Below, in pieces: positions 12,201 through 20,568 of a stretch of 64,000 bases of DNA; position 1 is the first letter of the stretch, and every line of letters begins with the position of its first letter. Made by a program: the position numbers and the translations under genes. Source of the stretch: Bdellovibrionales bacterium (lineage in GTDB: Bacteria > Bdellovibrionota > Bdellovibrionia > Bdellovibrionales > UBA1609); NCBI GenBank assembly GCA_965205945.1, contig CBDBIB010000003.1, forward strand, positions 576,394 to 640,393. The letters run 5' to 3'. The notes beneath the pieces are model-generated. The model had not been told where the DNA came from. It saw only the letters and a program-made list of their open reading frames with translations, and searched no databases.

Positions 12201-13470
12201 CACTTGATGCACTACTTAAGGTGCTTAAAACTTCTAAGCTAACACCATTCCAATACTTAAGCGCTCCAGAGTCACTATTGTACCAAGTAGCCCCAGCATT
12301 GCTCATGTTCATAGATCCTAAAAGACTAACTTCTTCTAAATTCGTATAAGAACCTAAGGTCATGGTACTTCCTGGGTTTTGCATAATATGACTTGTGTTT
12401 AGAATCTGATTATTATTAAAGTTAAGGTCACCTAATAAAACCCCTCCTGTAAGAGGAAGTTTTGTATTGTCAGTTCCTGTGGGAACCACTGAGCTTGGTA
12501 GAATTCCACTTGTGATTTTATTTGCATGAATACCGCTTGCAAGATGACTGTTTAAAACACCCCCTGGTGCAATTAAAATTGTGCCACTGTTTGTAATGGT
12601 TCCACCACTTAAGCCACTTCCTGCTGTAATACTGGTTACAGTTCCACTACCTTTACCAACAACAGTGGCTGCTGATCCATTGTAGTACATGATTTGATTA
12701 TTTGTAGAGTTATACCAAATATCTCCTGCCTGAGAATTAGGTGGTGGATGAGAGCTTGAAAAACTCGGTAAAGAGCTAGCTCCACTGATGCTTAATGGGG
12801 AGTATTGATTAGAGCTGCCATTAATTAAAGCCATAAGCTCCCTTTGATTGGCATCATTATCAAACACGGTCTCTAAATTGCTTTGAGTAACACCACGACT
12901 TACTTGAATAAAATCATTAACAGCTTTTCCACCAAGTTTGCCGGCATACTGAGCATAGGGCACACTGTGAATTATATGATCATTTGTTAAAGTAAGAGGG
13001 CCGCTGCCATGATCAAAAGTTACTCTAAGCCTTCTTGTATCGTTTAAGGTTGGAGTGTATGAAGACCCAAAGGCACAACTAAGACTTTTATTGTTTAAAA
13101 AAGAATTGTCTAAAGCTTTAGATAAATTTGTTAAGCCTCCATTTCCTGTGTTTATTCCAGACCCAACGTTTAAGTTAAAAACTCCCTTTGATCCTATCAT
13201 ATTAAGATTAAAACTTTCTTCGTAAAGAAGACAATGATCCATGGAGGATAAAACTTGAACAAGAAAGCTGACATTATTTTCTTCTAAAGCGTCTCCATTG
13301 GGTTTTACAATTTGACCTTGAAAAACAAAAGAACTTGGGGTGGCTAGAGAATGGGGAGTTAATAGTAAAATTGTGAAGAAAGTTAGAGCTTTCACACCTA
13401 TTTCTATGAAATTTTTTAATAAGTCATATACTCTATACATATTGTATATTTCGGATAAAAAGCTTAACAA
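6229..13470 (-). CDS. Giant fibre-like surface adhesin: Bdellovibrio-type fibre N-terminus, repeated stalk, Ig/PKD domains and a DUF285/BspA-like repeat tip. True start probably GTG 13395 or ATG 13440.
   Basis: Signal peptide VKALTFFTILLLTPHSLA; N-terminal FQGQIVKPNG..LE.NNVSF...CLLYEE...GVFNLNVGSG; fibre motifs GDIWYNS and C....EGTLRYN....EFCDG..W; PKD-like VNWGDGT..HTY...GTY; C-terminal WDTSKVTxMxxMF repeats. Confidence 0.9.
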   Translation of the reverse strand: MLSFLSEIYNMYRVYDLLKNFIEIGVKALTFFTILLLTPHSLATPSSFVFQGQIVKPNGDALEENNVSFLVQVLSSMDHCLLYEESFNLNMIGSKGVFNLNVGSGINTGNGGLTNLSKALDNSFLNNKSLSCAFGSSYTPTLNDTRRLRVTFDHGSGPLTLTNDHIIHSVPYAQYAGKLGGKAVNDFIQVSRGVTQSNLETVFDNDANQRELMALINGSSNQYSPLSISGASSLPSFSSSHPPPNSQAGDIWYNSTNNQIMYYNGSAATVVGKGSGTVTSITAGSGLSGGTITNSGTILIAPGGVLNSHLASGIHANKITSGILPSSVVPTGTDNTKLPLTGGVLLGDLNFNNNQILNTSHIMQNPGSTMTLGSYTNLEEVSLLGSMNMSNAGATWYNSDSGALKYWNGVSLEVLSTLSSASSVLVNAPLTSSGGSNPTISINLGRGLYNNSGNIDLDLDSSGGLEFNINKLKVKVGSGLKITPRGLEADIGSGLGQLMQVDTLPVCTSGEKIQRNPGAIISYSCVADIDTDTDTSLLGSQAQGDLTGTYPNPSLIPTGVTQGAYPKVRVDVKGRVVEGLSLLKSDIPDLNGEKITSGTISTARLDVGTGSNQLIKLDSSLRLPAVDGSRLINLPSSADNMGDSVARLNINLNQNYLSGDGDNEGIIIDASGRVGVGKASPEALLDVAGTARITQICDERGANCKDVSEGWSLASLAANTVTYTPFGNIQATDVEGALNELESRKAPITRTIRTALNSGLSGGGDLSTDRSLSVDINKTTEKTTADSLDSVLMYDVSQSGLKKITHSNFLNGYLKASLGKSRGNAMDAGGVPSCESNEKLQMSEGPIYLWSCEVDQNTSLLGSQAQGDLTGTYPNPSLIPTGVTPGTYPKVRVDVKGRVVEGLSLLKSDIPDLNGEKITSGTISTARLDVGTGSNQLVKLDSSLRLPAVDGSQLINLPSSADNMGDGIARLNINLNQNYLSGDGDNEGIIIDANGRVGVGKASPEALLDVAGTARITQICDERGANCKDVSEGWSLASLAANTVTYTPFGNIQATDVEGALNELESRKAPITRTITTALNSGLSGGGDLSTNRSLSVDINKTTEKTTADSLDSVLIYDVSQSGLKKITHSNFLNGYLKASLGKSRGNAMDAGGVPSCESNEKLQMSEGPIYSWSCEVDQNTSLLGSQAQGDLTGTYPNPSLTPTGVTPGTYPKVRVDVKGRVVEGLSLLKSDIPDLNGEKITSGTISTARLDVGTGSNQLVKLDSSLRLPAVDGSRLINLPSSADNMGDSIARLNINLNQNYLSGDGDNEGIIIDASGRVGVGKASPEALLDVAGTARITQICDERGANCKDVSEGWSLASLAANTVTYTPFGNIQATDVEGALNELESRKAPITRTIRTALNSGLSGGGDLSTNRSLSVDINKTTEKTTADSLDSVLMYDVSQSGLKKITHSNFLNGYLKASLGKNAGNAMDAGGVPNCESNEKLQMSEGPIYLWSCVTDTSLLGSQAQGDLTGTYPNPSLIPTGVTQGTYPKVRVDVKGRVVEGLSLLKSDIPDLNGEKITSGTISTARLDVGTGSNQLIKLDSSLRLPAVDGSRLINLPSSADNMGDGRARLNINLNQNYLSGDGDDEGITINNNGDVSVSGSISTPGSISTSTVTFLKKVGTVTTPCDSLTEGTLRYNSLGKKLEFCDGVVWKTFLSNNDPTISITNSLSGSYINSINEGGFRVLGTCSEDGELITFSHGTSFITCSNKSFSGDIDFSSLSDGPLSLTASITNIAGNSKTSGVLNLIKDTKPPIVSIGSHIISSSNSIDFPITVSQDFSSINLEKSNVSLTGTTTGCTVLVTNGTTINPSIRISDCSDETGNIQITIASGVAQDAAGNLSDVVSLSTEIQNLGTPFTAKFRIYGSDLNLNLRLNSSYTYNFMVNWGDGTSGVVTSSSDLDKNHTYSSSGTYIVKITGRCPYLNFRDSEQIIEVTELGDTGWESFSYMFYKADNLTLVNGGSTRHVTSMNSMFSYAALANPDTSNWDTSKVTSMGYMFSYAALANPDTSNWDTSKVTSMGYMFSYAALANPDTSDWDTSKVTSMSRMFLSAALANPDTSNWDTSKVTSMSSMFYNADLANPDTSDWDTSKVTSMSSMFYNADLANPDTSDWDTSKVTSMYKMFSNAALANPDTSDWDTSKVTDMRSMFSNTALANPDTSNWDTSKVTDMRSMFSNTALANPDTSNWDTSKVTNMGGMFYNADLANPDTSNWDTSKVTDMSYMFNSAALANPDTSNWDTSKVTSMNSMFNSAALANPDTSDWDTSKVTAMNSMFNSAALANPDTSDWDTSKVTSMSSMFYDADLANPDTSNWDTSKVTSMGFMFYDAASFDQDISLWNVSNVVYCGSFSSRTLTSWTRAEKPNFTRCSPGY
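6361..7446 (-). repeat. 75-bp (25-aa) tandem coding repeat, DUF285/BspA-like: 14 full constant blocks and 15 variable cassettes
   Basis: Constant block AGTAACCTTAGAAGTGTCCCAGT(T/C)AGAGGTGTCAGGGTTAGCTAA recurs every 75 bp and translates as LANPDTS(N/D)WDTSKVT. Confidence 0.97.
8578..11870 (-). repeat. ~3.4 near-identical tandem copies of a 969-bp (323-aa) stalk module (one interval is 963 bp)
   Basis: Identical shadow ORFs at 9374, 10343 and 11312 (period 969); TSLLGSQAQGDLTGTYPNPSL occurs four times in the protein. Confidence 0.97.
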
Positions 13471-14148
13471 TTAGAGGGAATTAAATAGTTTTTTAGCTCT
13501 AATTCTACATTTTTATTTTCATTTAAAATCTGTGCTTTTACAAAATATGCCGATAAGGGGGATTATGTTACTACGTCTATTTTAAAATTATATTTAAGTT
13601 TAAAAGTATTTAATTATAAAAGTTTAGACTTTATTTTTTTAAAATTATTATTTTCAATAAAATTTTTATTATTAAAAATAAGGACTGCTTTAGAATTTAC
13701 TTTAAAAATATTTAATATTTAGCGCTCTTTTTTTAAAGCTTAGATTTAAATATCTTTATTTATCATAGCTGTTATTTTAACCAACATCTAAGTTTAAAAG
13801 TTATTAAGATACAGCATATGTATTATATAAAATTAAATAAATATTTAAAGCGATATTCTTTAAGGTTTTTTTAATATTTATTTGTATAGAGATATTATTT
13901 AAACAAGAAAATCTTGTTAATTAAACGTAACTATTTTGCAACATTTTTATGTCACAAAGAAATTTACACTTAAGCACCATAGTTAAAATCAGCAGGTCAA
14001 ATCAAAAATAATGTGGTTTTAAGCAGAAATAGTAACATAATCCCCCTTATCGGCATGTTTTGTAAAAGCACAGATTTTAAATGAAAATAAAAATGTAGAA
14101 TTAGAGCTAAAAAACTATTTAATTTCCTCTAATTGTTAAGCTTTTTAT
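13455..14148. repeat. 119-bp inverted repeat (13455-13573 / 14030-14148) around a 456-bp AT-rich spacer
   Basis: By eye the arms are reverse complements with 2 mismatches. Each contains GCCGATAAGGGGGATTATG pointing inward. Confidence 0.95.
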
Positions 14149-14450
14149 TTAAAAAATACAAATCCCTGACATCTTTGACTAGGATATTTTTAAGGTTACT
14201 GATATAAGATTTATGTTTTATAAGAGAGTCTATAAAACAAATTATTTAACTGCTTAACAGTAAACTAGGATTGAGTATCTTTAGTATGTTTTCTTTTTTA
14301 AATTTATTTTAGCATGGATAGGAAGTGGTTTTTAAACTTTTGGTTTAAGTTAAACACTTATGTGTAACAACGCCTAAAACTTCTAGTTTTATTAAAAACT
14401 AATTTTTTATTAATTCTAGATCATTATAAATTTTTATTGTAATAAAAAGA

Positions 14451-15452
14451 TTAAAGATTAAGTACAACTTGGTTTTTAATCTTTTTTAATTGATCTGACA
14501 CTTTAACTTTTATTAGAAAATCTTTTAATTCAGAAATTTTATTTTCATTTATAATCTTTAAAGCGTTTTTTTTTAAACCTGTTCCTCTTGCTCTATTTAA
14601 AGGAAATTTTTTATAATCTTTTTCAAGCTGTTTGTTAGATCTAGATAAAATACTTTTTAACTCATCAAGTATTTTAGAGGTAACCGTAAGGGGTTGGTTT
14701 AGATTTTTCATGTTTTCCTTTCCATGAGCTTTTTCATTCCATGGGCAAACAGTTTGACAAACATCACAGCCAAAAAACCAGGAATCTGTTTTTTTATCTA
14801 GTGAGAGTATAGAAGTGTCTTTATCTTCAATATTTCTATAGGAGATGCATTTGTTAACCTCAAGTTTTCTAGGGCTTAAGGCTCCAGTGGGGCAGGCGTC
14901 AATACATCGGGTACAAGTGCCACAGTGATCAGTTTGGAGTGTATTTTTACTTAGGAAGTTGATGTCGGTTAAGATTTCTGATATATAAAAAAGGCTTCCA
15001 TGCTTTTTATTTAAAAGACAGGTGTTTTTTCCAATCCATCCAAGGCCTGCTCTATAAGCAAGATCTCTTTCAAGAACAGGAGCAGAGTCTATAGAATGAG
15101 AAAATCTATTGTTAGGGTAAAGTTTATGAAGTTCATTGCTTATTACACCGAGTTTTAAATTGATTTGATGATGGTAGTCTGCTTCTTGTGCATACAAAGC
15201 AACCTTAAGAGAGCTTTTAAGTTCATTATTGACCGGGTAGTACGGATAAAGGGCTATAAAAGCTGAGGCAAACTCTTGTTGAAGTGGGTTTTTCCTAGAA
15301 AGGTGATCTTTTAAGAAATTCATTCCTCCAAAATTTTCATTCCATATTTGAGCCTTATAGTTATTAAAGGAAATACTTTTTTTTAAAGAAACATGGTTTA
15401 CGCTTAAAAACCCTTGTTTAGTAAAAAGTGTAGTTATTTTTATTAAATTCAA
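14451..15452 (-). CDS. queG: Epoxyqueuosine reductase
   Basis: DSAPVLER.LAYRAGLGWIGKN, CGTCTRCIDACPTGAL and FGCDVCQTVCPWN. Confidence 0.95.
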   Translation of the reverse strand: MNLIKITTLFTKQGFLSVNHVSLKKSISFNNYKAQIWNENFGGMNFLKDHLSRKNPLQQEFASAFIALYPYYPVNNELKSSLKVALYAQEADYHHQINLKLGVISNELHKLYPNNRFSHSIDSAPVLERDLAYRAGLGWIGKNTCLLNKKHGSLFYISEILTDINFLSKNTLQTDHCGTCTRCIDACPTGALSPRKLEVNKCISYRNIEDKDTSILSLDKKTDSWFFGCDVCQTVCPWNEKAHGKENMKNLNQPLTVTSKILDELKSILSRSNKQLEKDYKKFPLNRARGTGLKKNALKIINENKISELKDFLIKVKVSDQLKKIKNQVVLNL

Positions 15453-15667
15453 ATCACAACCCCATGTTTTAAATATATTACATTAAAAAAAATAGATAAT
15501 AAAAGTATTTTAGGATTAAAAAGCAAAATAAGATAAAGATTTTTTTTAAAATTCTATGTAAGAAACTCTTAGAAGGAGGCCTTGTATTATAATAAAGAGG
15601 CTTGGCTCTTAAAAAAGTTGTTTTAAATATTAACCCTACATTCCTTTAAAAATCAAATTAAAATTCT

Positions 15668-16435
15668 TTAGTATAAAACTCTGATTCCAGTAGATAAAAT
15701 TGAATCAAATCGTTTTAACCCTTGGGTGGCAGGGGCATTATCATACATACCTTTATACGCCACTTTTAAACTTATGCGAGCCGGGTTTGTGCTTGAGAGG
15801 AGTTCGCCTAAAGCTACATTAATTGAGGGTTTAAAGTTAAACTCAATATTTTTTGAATCTTTCGGGTCAATTAAAGTTTCAATCCAGAATTTAAAGTTTA
15901 AAGTTGAATTTAGTTTCCCTCCAAGTTCAAAGTAAACTCGTCCAAAATAAGTTTCTAATTTATCACCCTGACCAGGTCCAACAACTGAAGCGTACTGAGT
16001 TCTTTGTCTGTAACCAGTTTCATTAAAAAAGTAAAAACCTTTGGTTTTTTTTATATTATACTTTAAGCCCAGGTCTTTAGAATATCTGTTCTCAAAGCCT
16101 GCAAAATGGTTTTTTTCCCAAAGAAAGCCAATAAAAATACCAAGTTTTTTAGATATAGTTCTTGTAAACTTTAGGCCTGCTTGAGCAGATTCTGCCAATC
16201 TTACATTGAGGCCCTCACTGGTTGTACCTACAGAATTGATGTATTGACCATGAACTGTGTAGATATTTTTAATGGATTTTTTAGTCCATTTAGTTCGTAA
16301 AAGGGTATTGTCTTGTTTTGTGTTTCCACTTTGTGAAATTAAGCCAAGATCACTCTCTGCTTCCCAATGGGCATGAGTTTTTAAAGATATAAACACTAAA
16401 GTTAGTACAATTAAAAATTTCATTCTTTCTTCCAT
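15668..16435 (-). CDS. DUF481/YdiY-like outer-membrane beta-barrel protein
   Basis: Signal peptide, LG....SGNT motif, amphipathic strands and C-terminal aromatic residue. Confidence 0.75.
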   Translation of the reverse strand: MEERMKFLIVLTLVFISLKTHAHWEAESDLGLISQSGNTKQDNTLLRTKWTKKSIKNIYTVHGQYINSVGTTSEGLNVRLAESAQAGLKFTRTISKKLGIFIGFLWEKNHFAGFENRYSKDLGLKYNIKKTKGFYFFNETGYRQRTQYASVVGPGQGDKLETYFGRVYFELGGKLNSTLNFKFWIETLIDPKDSKNIEFNFKPSINVALGELLSSTNPARISLKVAYKGMYDNAPATQGLKRFDSILSTGIRVLY

Positions 16436-16529
16436 AAAGGCATCGTTTAAGTTATTATTACCACAATAGAGTATTTGTGTTATTAAATATTTGTCAAATT
16501 CAAATAAGAGATTTTATATGAGGTGTAGT

Positions 16530-17498
16530 ATGAATCTAGCGAGTAGACCCCAGAGAAATCGTAAATCTAATGCTTTACGAGATGCTGTAGCTGAAACAAA
16601 TTTATCCATTAAAAGTCTTATACAGCCCTTATTTGTTTCATATGAGACTTTAAGCATTAAAACTCTATTTGATCAAAAAAAATACTCTTTAAAAGATTTT
16701 AGAGTTTTTTGTAAGGAGCGCTTAAGTAAATCAAAAATTATGGGCGTTTTATTATTTGCCTCCATTAAAAATTCTTTAAAAAACTCAAACGCAACAGAAG
16801 CTTTAAATCCAAAGGGACTACTCCCACAAGCTGTTCAGATTGTTAAGAAAGAGTGTCCTCATTTAGAAGTGATGACTGATGTGGCATTAGACCCATTTTC
16901 TTTAGATGGTCATGATGGTATTGTTAAAGGTGGTAGAATTTTAAATGATGAAACAGTTGAAATTTTAAAAAAAATGTCTTTAATTCATGCTAAGGCAGGT
17001 GCTGATTGGGTGGCTCCTTCTGATATGATGGACGGTCGAGTTGGGAGAATTAGAGAGTATTTGGATGAAAAGGGTTTTAAAGATGTAAATATTCTTTCAT
17101 ATACTGCAAAATATGCATCAAGTTTTTATGGACCTTTTAGGAGTGCTTTAGATTCAAAACCAAAATTTGGTGATAAAAAAACTTATCAAATGGACTATAG
17201 AAACAAAAAAGAAGCGTTAAGAGAGCTTAAGGCTGATGAAATAGAGGGCGCTGATATGGTTATGGTTAAGCCAGCTCTTTCATACCTTGATATTATCTTA
17301 AAATTTAAAAACCATACAAAGCTTCCTATAGCAGCTTATAATGTAAGTGGTGAGTACGCTATGGTTAAAGCAGCAGCGGCGGCAAGGTTAATTGATGGGG
17401 ATGCTGTTCAAAATGAAATTATAACATCAATTTTTAGGGCGGGCGCTGACGTGGTAATAACATATGCAGCCCTAAGCTTAGAAGATATGCATACCTAG
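16530..17498 (+). CDS. hemB: Porphobilinogen synthase (ALA dehydratase)
   Basis: DVALDPFSLDGHDG, APSDMMDGRV, SYTAKYASSFYGPFR, MVKPA and AYNVSGEYAM; RBS GAGGTG before ATG 16530. Confidence 0.96.
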   Translation: MNLASRPQRNRKSNALRDAVAETNLSIKSLIQPLFVSYETLSIKTLFDQKKYSLKDFRVFCKERLSKSKIMGVLLFASIKNSLKNSNATEALNPKGLLPQAVQIVKKECPHLEVMTDVALDPFSLDGHDGIVKGGRILNDETVEILKKMSLIHAKAGADWVAPSDMMDGRVGRIREYLDEKGFKDVNILSYTAKYASSFYGPFRSALDSKPKFGDKKTYQMDYRNKKEALRELKADEIEGADMVMVKPALSYLDIILKFKNHTKLPIAAYNVSGEYAMVKAAAAARLIDGDAVQNEIITSIFRAGADVVITYAALSLEDMHT

Positions 17499-17500
17499 GA

Positions 17501-17620
17501 AGTTTTTTAAGACTTCGGTGTCTGGGGTGTTTAATATGAAACTCTTCCTTTAAAATTCCCAAAACAGTCTCAACAATATTTATTCAAAACTTAGGTCCTT
17601 AGAAAAGTCCTAACTCGGGC
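17501..17620 (-). mobile_element. Degenerate, internally deleted IS982 relic
   Basis: 17501-17580 resembles ~17779-17856 of the neighbouring IS982; 17589-17620 resembles its terminus at 18647-18678. Confidence 0.75.
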
Positions 17621-17656
17621 TTAGTAAAAACTTACATGTCTCATTGGTGTTAGTTA

Positions 17657-18678
17657 ACCCGAGTTCGAACTTTCTAAACCTACTGAAGCAGCCTTTCTTC
17701 AAGTACTTCAAAGTCTAATGGAGGGTTTTCTTGGACGCAAACAGTACGCCGTTAGTGCCGAAAGTAAATTTACCACAAAGTTTTTTGGGCTTCGGTGTCT
17801 TGAGTGTTCAAGATGAAATTCCTCCTTTAAAATCCCAAAAGCAGTTTCAACAATGTACCTTTTCCTCAGGAGTAGTTTATCAAAAAGAGGAACAAACTTA
17901 TTTTTCATATTGGATTTAAGATTTGTTATGACTTGAACCCCTTTACTCATCAATTTTTCAAATAGCTTTTGGGATATATATCCTTTGTCTCCAAACAATT
18001 TTGCAAAAATATTTTCAGCTAAACCCTCTACAGGCTTTGTATCATGAACATTTTCTGGGGTTATGGTAAAACTTAAGAGCTCCCCTTTGTGAGAAATGAC
18101 TATGTGAACTTTAAAACCAAAGAACCAGCCCATTGTTGATTTCCCACGTTTTGCAAGTCCTTTAAAGGTTTTGTGACGACTGATTCTTTTGTTATTACAA
18201 ACAACAATGGGGCTGGAGTCTACCAACAGATATTCCTGTGCAAATATTTGATTGCATAAGTGAGTGTAAAAAAATGAGAATTTGAGGTGCTGAAGATTTT
18301 TTAAGTTCTACAAACCTATTGTAGGACAAGAGTTTTGGGAAATAAGGTTTTAGAAATTTTTGAACATAACCTGTATAGAAAGCTTTAAAATTTCTGAAGC
18401 CGGAAAATTGGAATAATAAACAGATGGTGATGACTTCAGACTCAGATAACGCAGATGGAAAACCTCTCTTTCTTTTGCTGGGTATGAGTTTGGACTGTTC
18501 TTTGTTTAACCCTAAAATAAAGTCGTCAACAAGAGTAAAAACTTCTATAATTTGATTTTCTTCGATCATTCCCGGCTCCTTTTTGCAGATCAGTAAAAAA
18601 CAACTAAATCTTACAAAAGGCTGGGATGATTTTTTATTTATCCAGCACTTAGGTCCTGAAAAAAGTTCGAACTCGGGT
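17657..18678 (-). mobile_element. IS982-family insertion sequence
   Basis: TIRs ACCCGAGTTCGAACTTT and AAAGTTCGAACTCGGGT; 6-bp direct repeat TAGTTA on both sides; 1,022 bp. Confidence 0.93.
17708..18569 (-). pseudogene. IS982 transposase with a single frameshift near 18225
   Basis: LSYNRFVEL in the first frame; DSSPIVVC, GWFFGFKVH, FGDKGYIS and RYIVET in the second. Confidence 0.9.
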
Positions 18679-18724
18679 TAGTTAGCATGATTTAAGTAAC
18701 AAAAAATTAAAAATCTGTTACTTA

Positions 18725-19588
18725 GAAGCTGTTTGAAAAGTCTAATTTGACTTGATTTAATAAGGCAAGAACTTCAAGGAAGAGGTAAAAATGTCTATTA
18801 AAAAAGGTTACGGAAGCGATTTAATAGATACTCAGTGGGAACAGCTCAAAAAATATTTACCAAAAGCAAAATCTGGAGGTCGACCAAGAGAAGTTGATCT
18901 TAGAGAAATAATGAACGCAATATTTTACATCAACAAAACAAGCTGTCCGTGGAGGTGGCTGCCAAAGGACTACTCACCGTGGCAAACAGTATATTCGTAT
19001 TTTAGAAGTTGGCGTCTTTCAGGGGCCTGGGAAAAAAATCAACTCCCAATTGAGCAAGTACTTGAGGAAAAAAGAGGGAAGAAATTCAACACCCTCAGGG
19101 GCGTGCATGGACTCTCAGTCTGTGAAGACTACTTCTGTCGGAGGAATAAAGGGCTACGATGGTGGGAAAAAGGTGGTTGGCCGCAAACGCCACATTCTAG
19201 TGGATACTTTGGGGTTCATAATGACAGTGGTTGTACATGCAGCTGACATTCAAGATAGAGATGGTGGGATTTTAGTTTTACAAAATATCATTTCAAGGTT
19301 TTCAAGTTTAAAATTGATTTGGGTAGATGGCGGTTACCGTGGGAACGTCATTCACTTTGCTAAAACTCTTTTCAGCCGTACGCTTGAGGTGGTTTTACGA
19401 ACCGACAAGGATCCAGGATTTAAGGTTGTTAAAAAACGTTGGATTGTTGAACGAACTTTTGCATGGCTAGGAAATTATAGAAGGCATTCTAAAGATTATG
19501 AAAGGCTGGCAGAATCAAGTGAAGCTATGATTTATATTTCTATGATTCATCTCATGGTCAGGAGAATTTAGACTTTTCAAACAGCTTT
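18725..19588 (+). mobile_element. IS5-family (IS1031-like) insertion sequence
   Basis: TIRs GAAGCTGTTTGAAAAGTCTA and TAGACTTTTCAAACAGCTTT flanked by a TTA target duplication; 864 bp. Confidence 0.9.
18791..19571 (+). pseudogene. IS5-family transposase split by one extra A in an A7 run (~19032-19038)
   Basis: N-part CPWRWLP..YSPWQTVY; C-part DSQSV, KRHILVDTLG, WVDGGY, RWIVERTFAWL. Removing one A gives WEKINSQLSKYLRKKEGR. Confidence 0.85.
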
Positions 19589-19599
19589 TTAGGGATTTA

Positions 19600-20170
19600 A
19601 TGGACTACTCAGATCGAATAGGAGCTTATTTAAGAATCAAATAGGCAGATGAAAGCTAAACGCTTATATTCCTAAAAATCTACCGCCGGATCCTCTAATT
19701 CAAATAGATCAGTTGTACCCACTTTTAGACAAAGCTAACGTAGCCTTAGGCCGTCTAGATGCAATGAGTACAATTTTACCAGATTGCTCATTATTTTTAT
19801 ACATGTACATTAGAAAAGAGGCGGTCCTTTCGTCTCAAATTAAAGGGACTCAGTTGTCACTTTCAGATCTTTTACTTTTTGAGAATAAAGATGCGCCAGG
19901 AGCTCCTATTGATGATGTCACAGAGGTCTCTAATTACATCTCTGCTATGAACTATGGTTTAAAAAGAACCAAAGAGTTTCCTTTATCTCTTCCACGAGTA
20001 AAATCAAAGATGAGTGTGGCGCTTCCTTGCCAACTGTTCTGCGTTCGCTAGCAGTACTTGAAGAGCTTAAAATAGTTAAAGAAATTACAGGAAAAGACTG
20101 TCATAAAATTTTTATTTATAGTGATTATTTAGATATTTTAAATAGCAGCATTCAACCTGAAATTGTTTAG
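19600..20170 (+). pseudogene. Fic-family protein remnant; catalytic core deleted
   Basis: AYIPKNLPP...ANVALGRLD...RKEAVLSSQI.GTQ joined out of frame to the C-terminal LEELKIVKEITGK...IFIYSDYLDIL; no HPFxDGNGR motif. Confidence 0.85.
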
Positions 20171-20520
20171 TCACGTTTCCATTCAGAGTAATAACTTGGT
20201 AATGACAGGAGATCCACTTAAGGCCTTTTATTCCAGCGAGTTCTTAAAAACTCAATTCTTGTTCAGCCAGCTCCGTATCAGGAAATTATTGCTAGAAAAC
20301 AATAAGGCCAGTCAAGTGCATACCCAGGTTTTCTATATTAAAGCTTTATATTTATACAAAAGCTTATTAAAAGGTCGATTTTATTCATTAACGGCAGCAA
20401 GGTGGTTTAGAGCCTTATAAATGCAATGTTTTAGCACTTTAGAAAAGTAATTATAATTAAAGTTTTAGCGCTATTTGTTTTAAATATGTTTGTAAATAGT
20501 GCATAAAAGAGAGTTTTCAC

Positions 20521-20537
20521 TGACACTTCTGTGACAT
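20521..20537. promoter_or_regulatory. Candidate OmpR/PhoB-type direct-repeat operator upstream of hemA
   Basis: TGACAC-N5-TGACAT with 11-bp period (reverse strand ATGTCAC-AGAA-GTGTCA). Confidence 0.4.
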
Positions 20538-20568
20538 AATGAAAGCTAGTTAGTATACGTTGTTTAAT

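Noticed and set aside
6479..12349. Plus-strand ORFs inside the adhesin gene
   Set aside because: Antisense shadows of the repetitive coding strand.
13455..14148. Interpretation as an autonomous transposon
   Set aside because: No transposase, no target duplication, and the arms do not resemble the IS ends in this window; a MITE cannot be fully excluded.
19020..19050. Programmed -1 frameshift in the IS5 transposase
   Set aside because: The two ORFs are related by +1 (one extra A), so mutation, slippage or sequencing error is more likely.
20163..20420. 85-aa ORF between the Fic remnant and hemA
   Set aside because: TTG start, no RBS and no recognisable motif; probably spurious.
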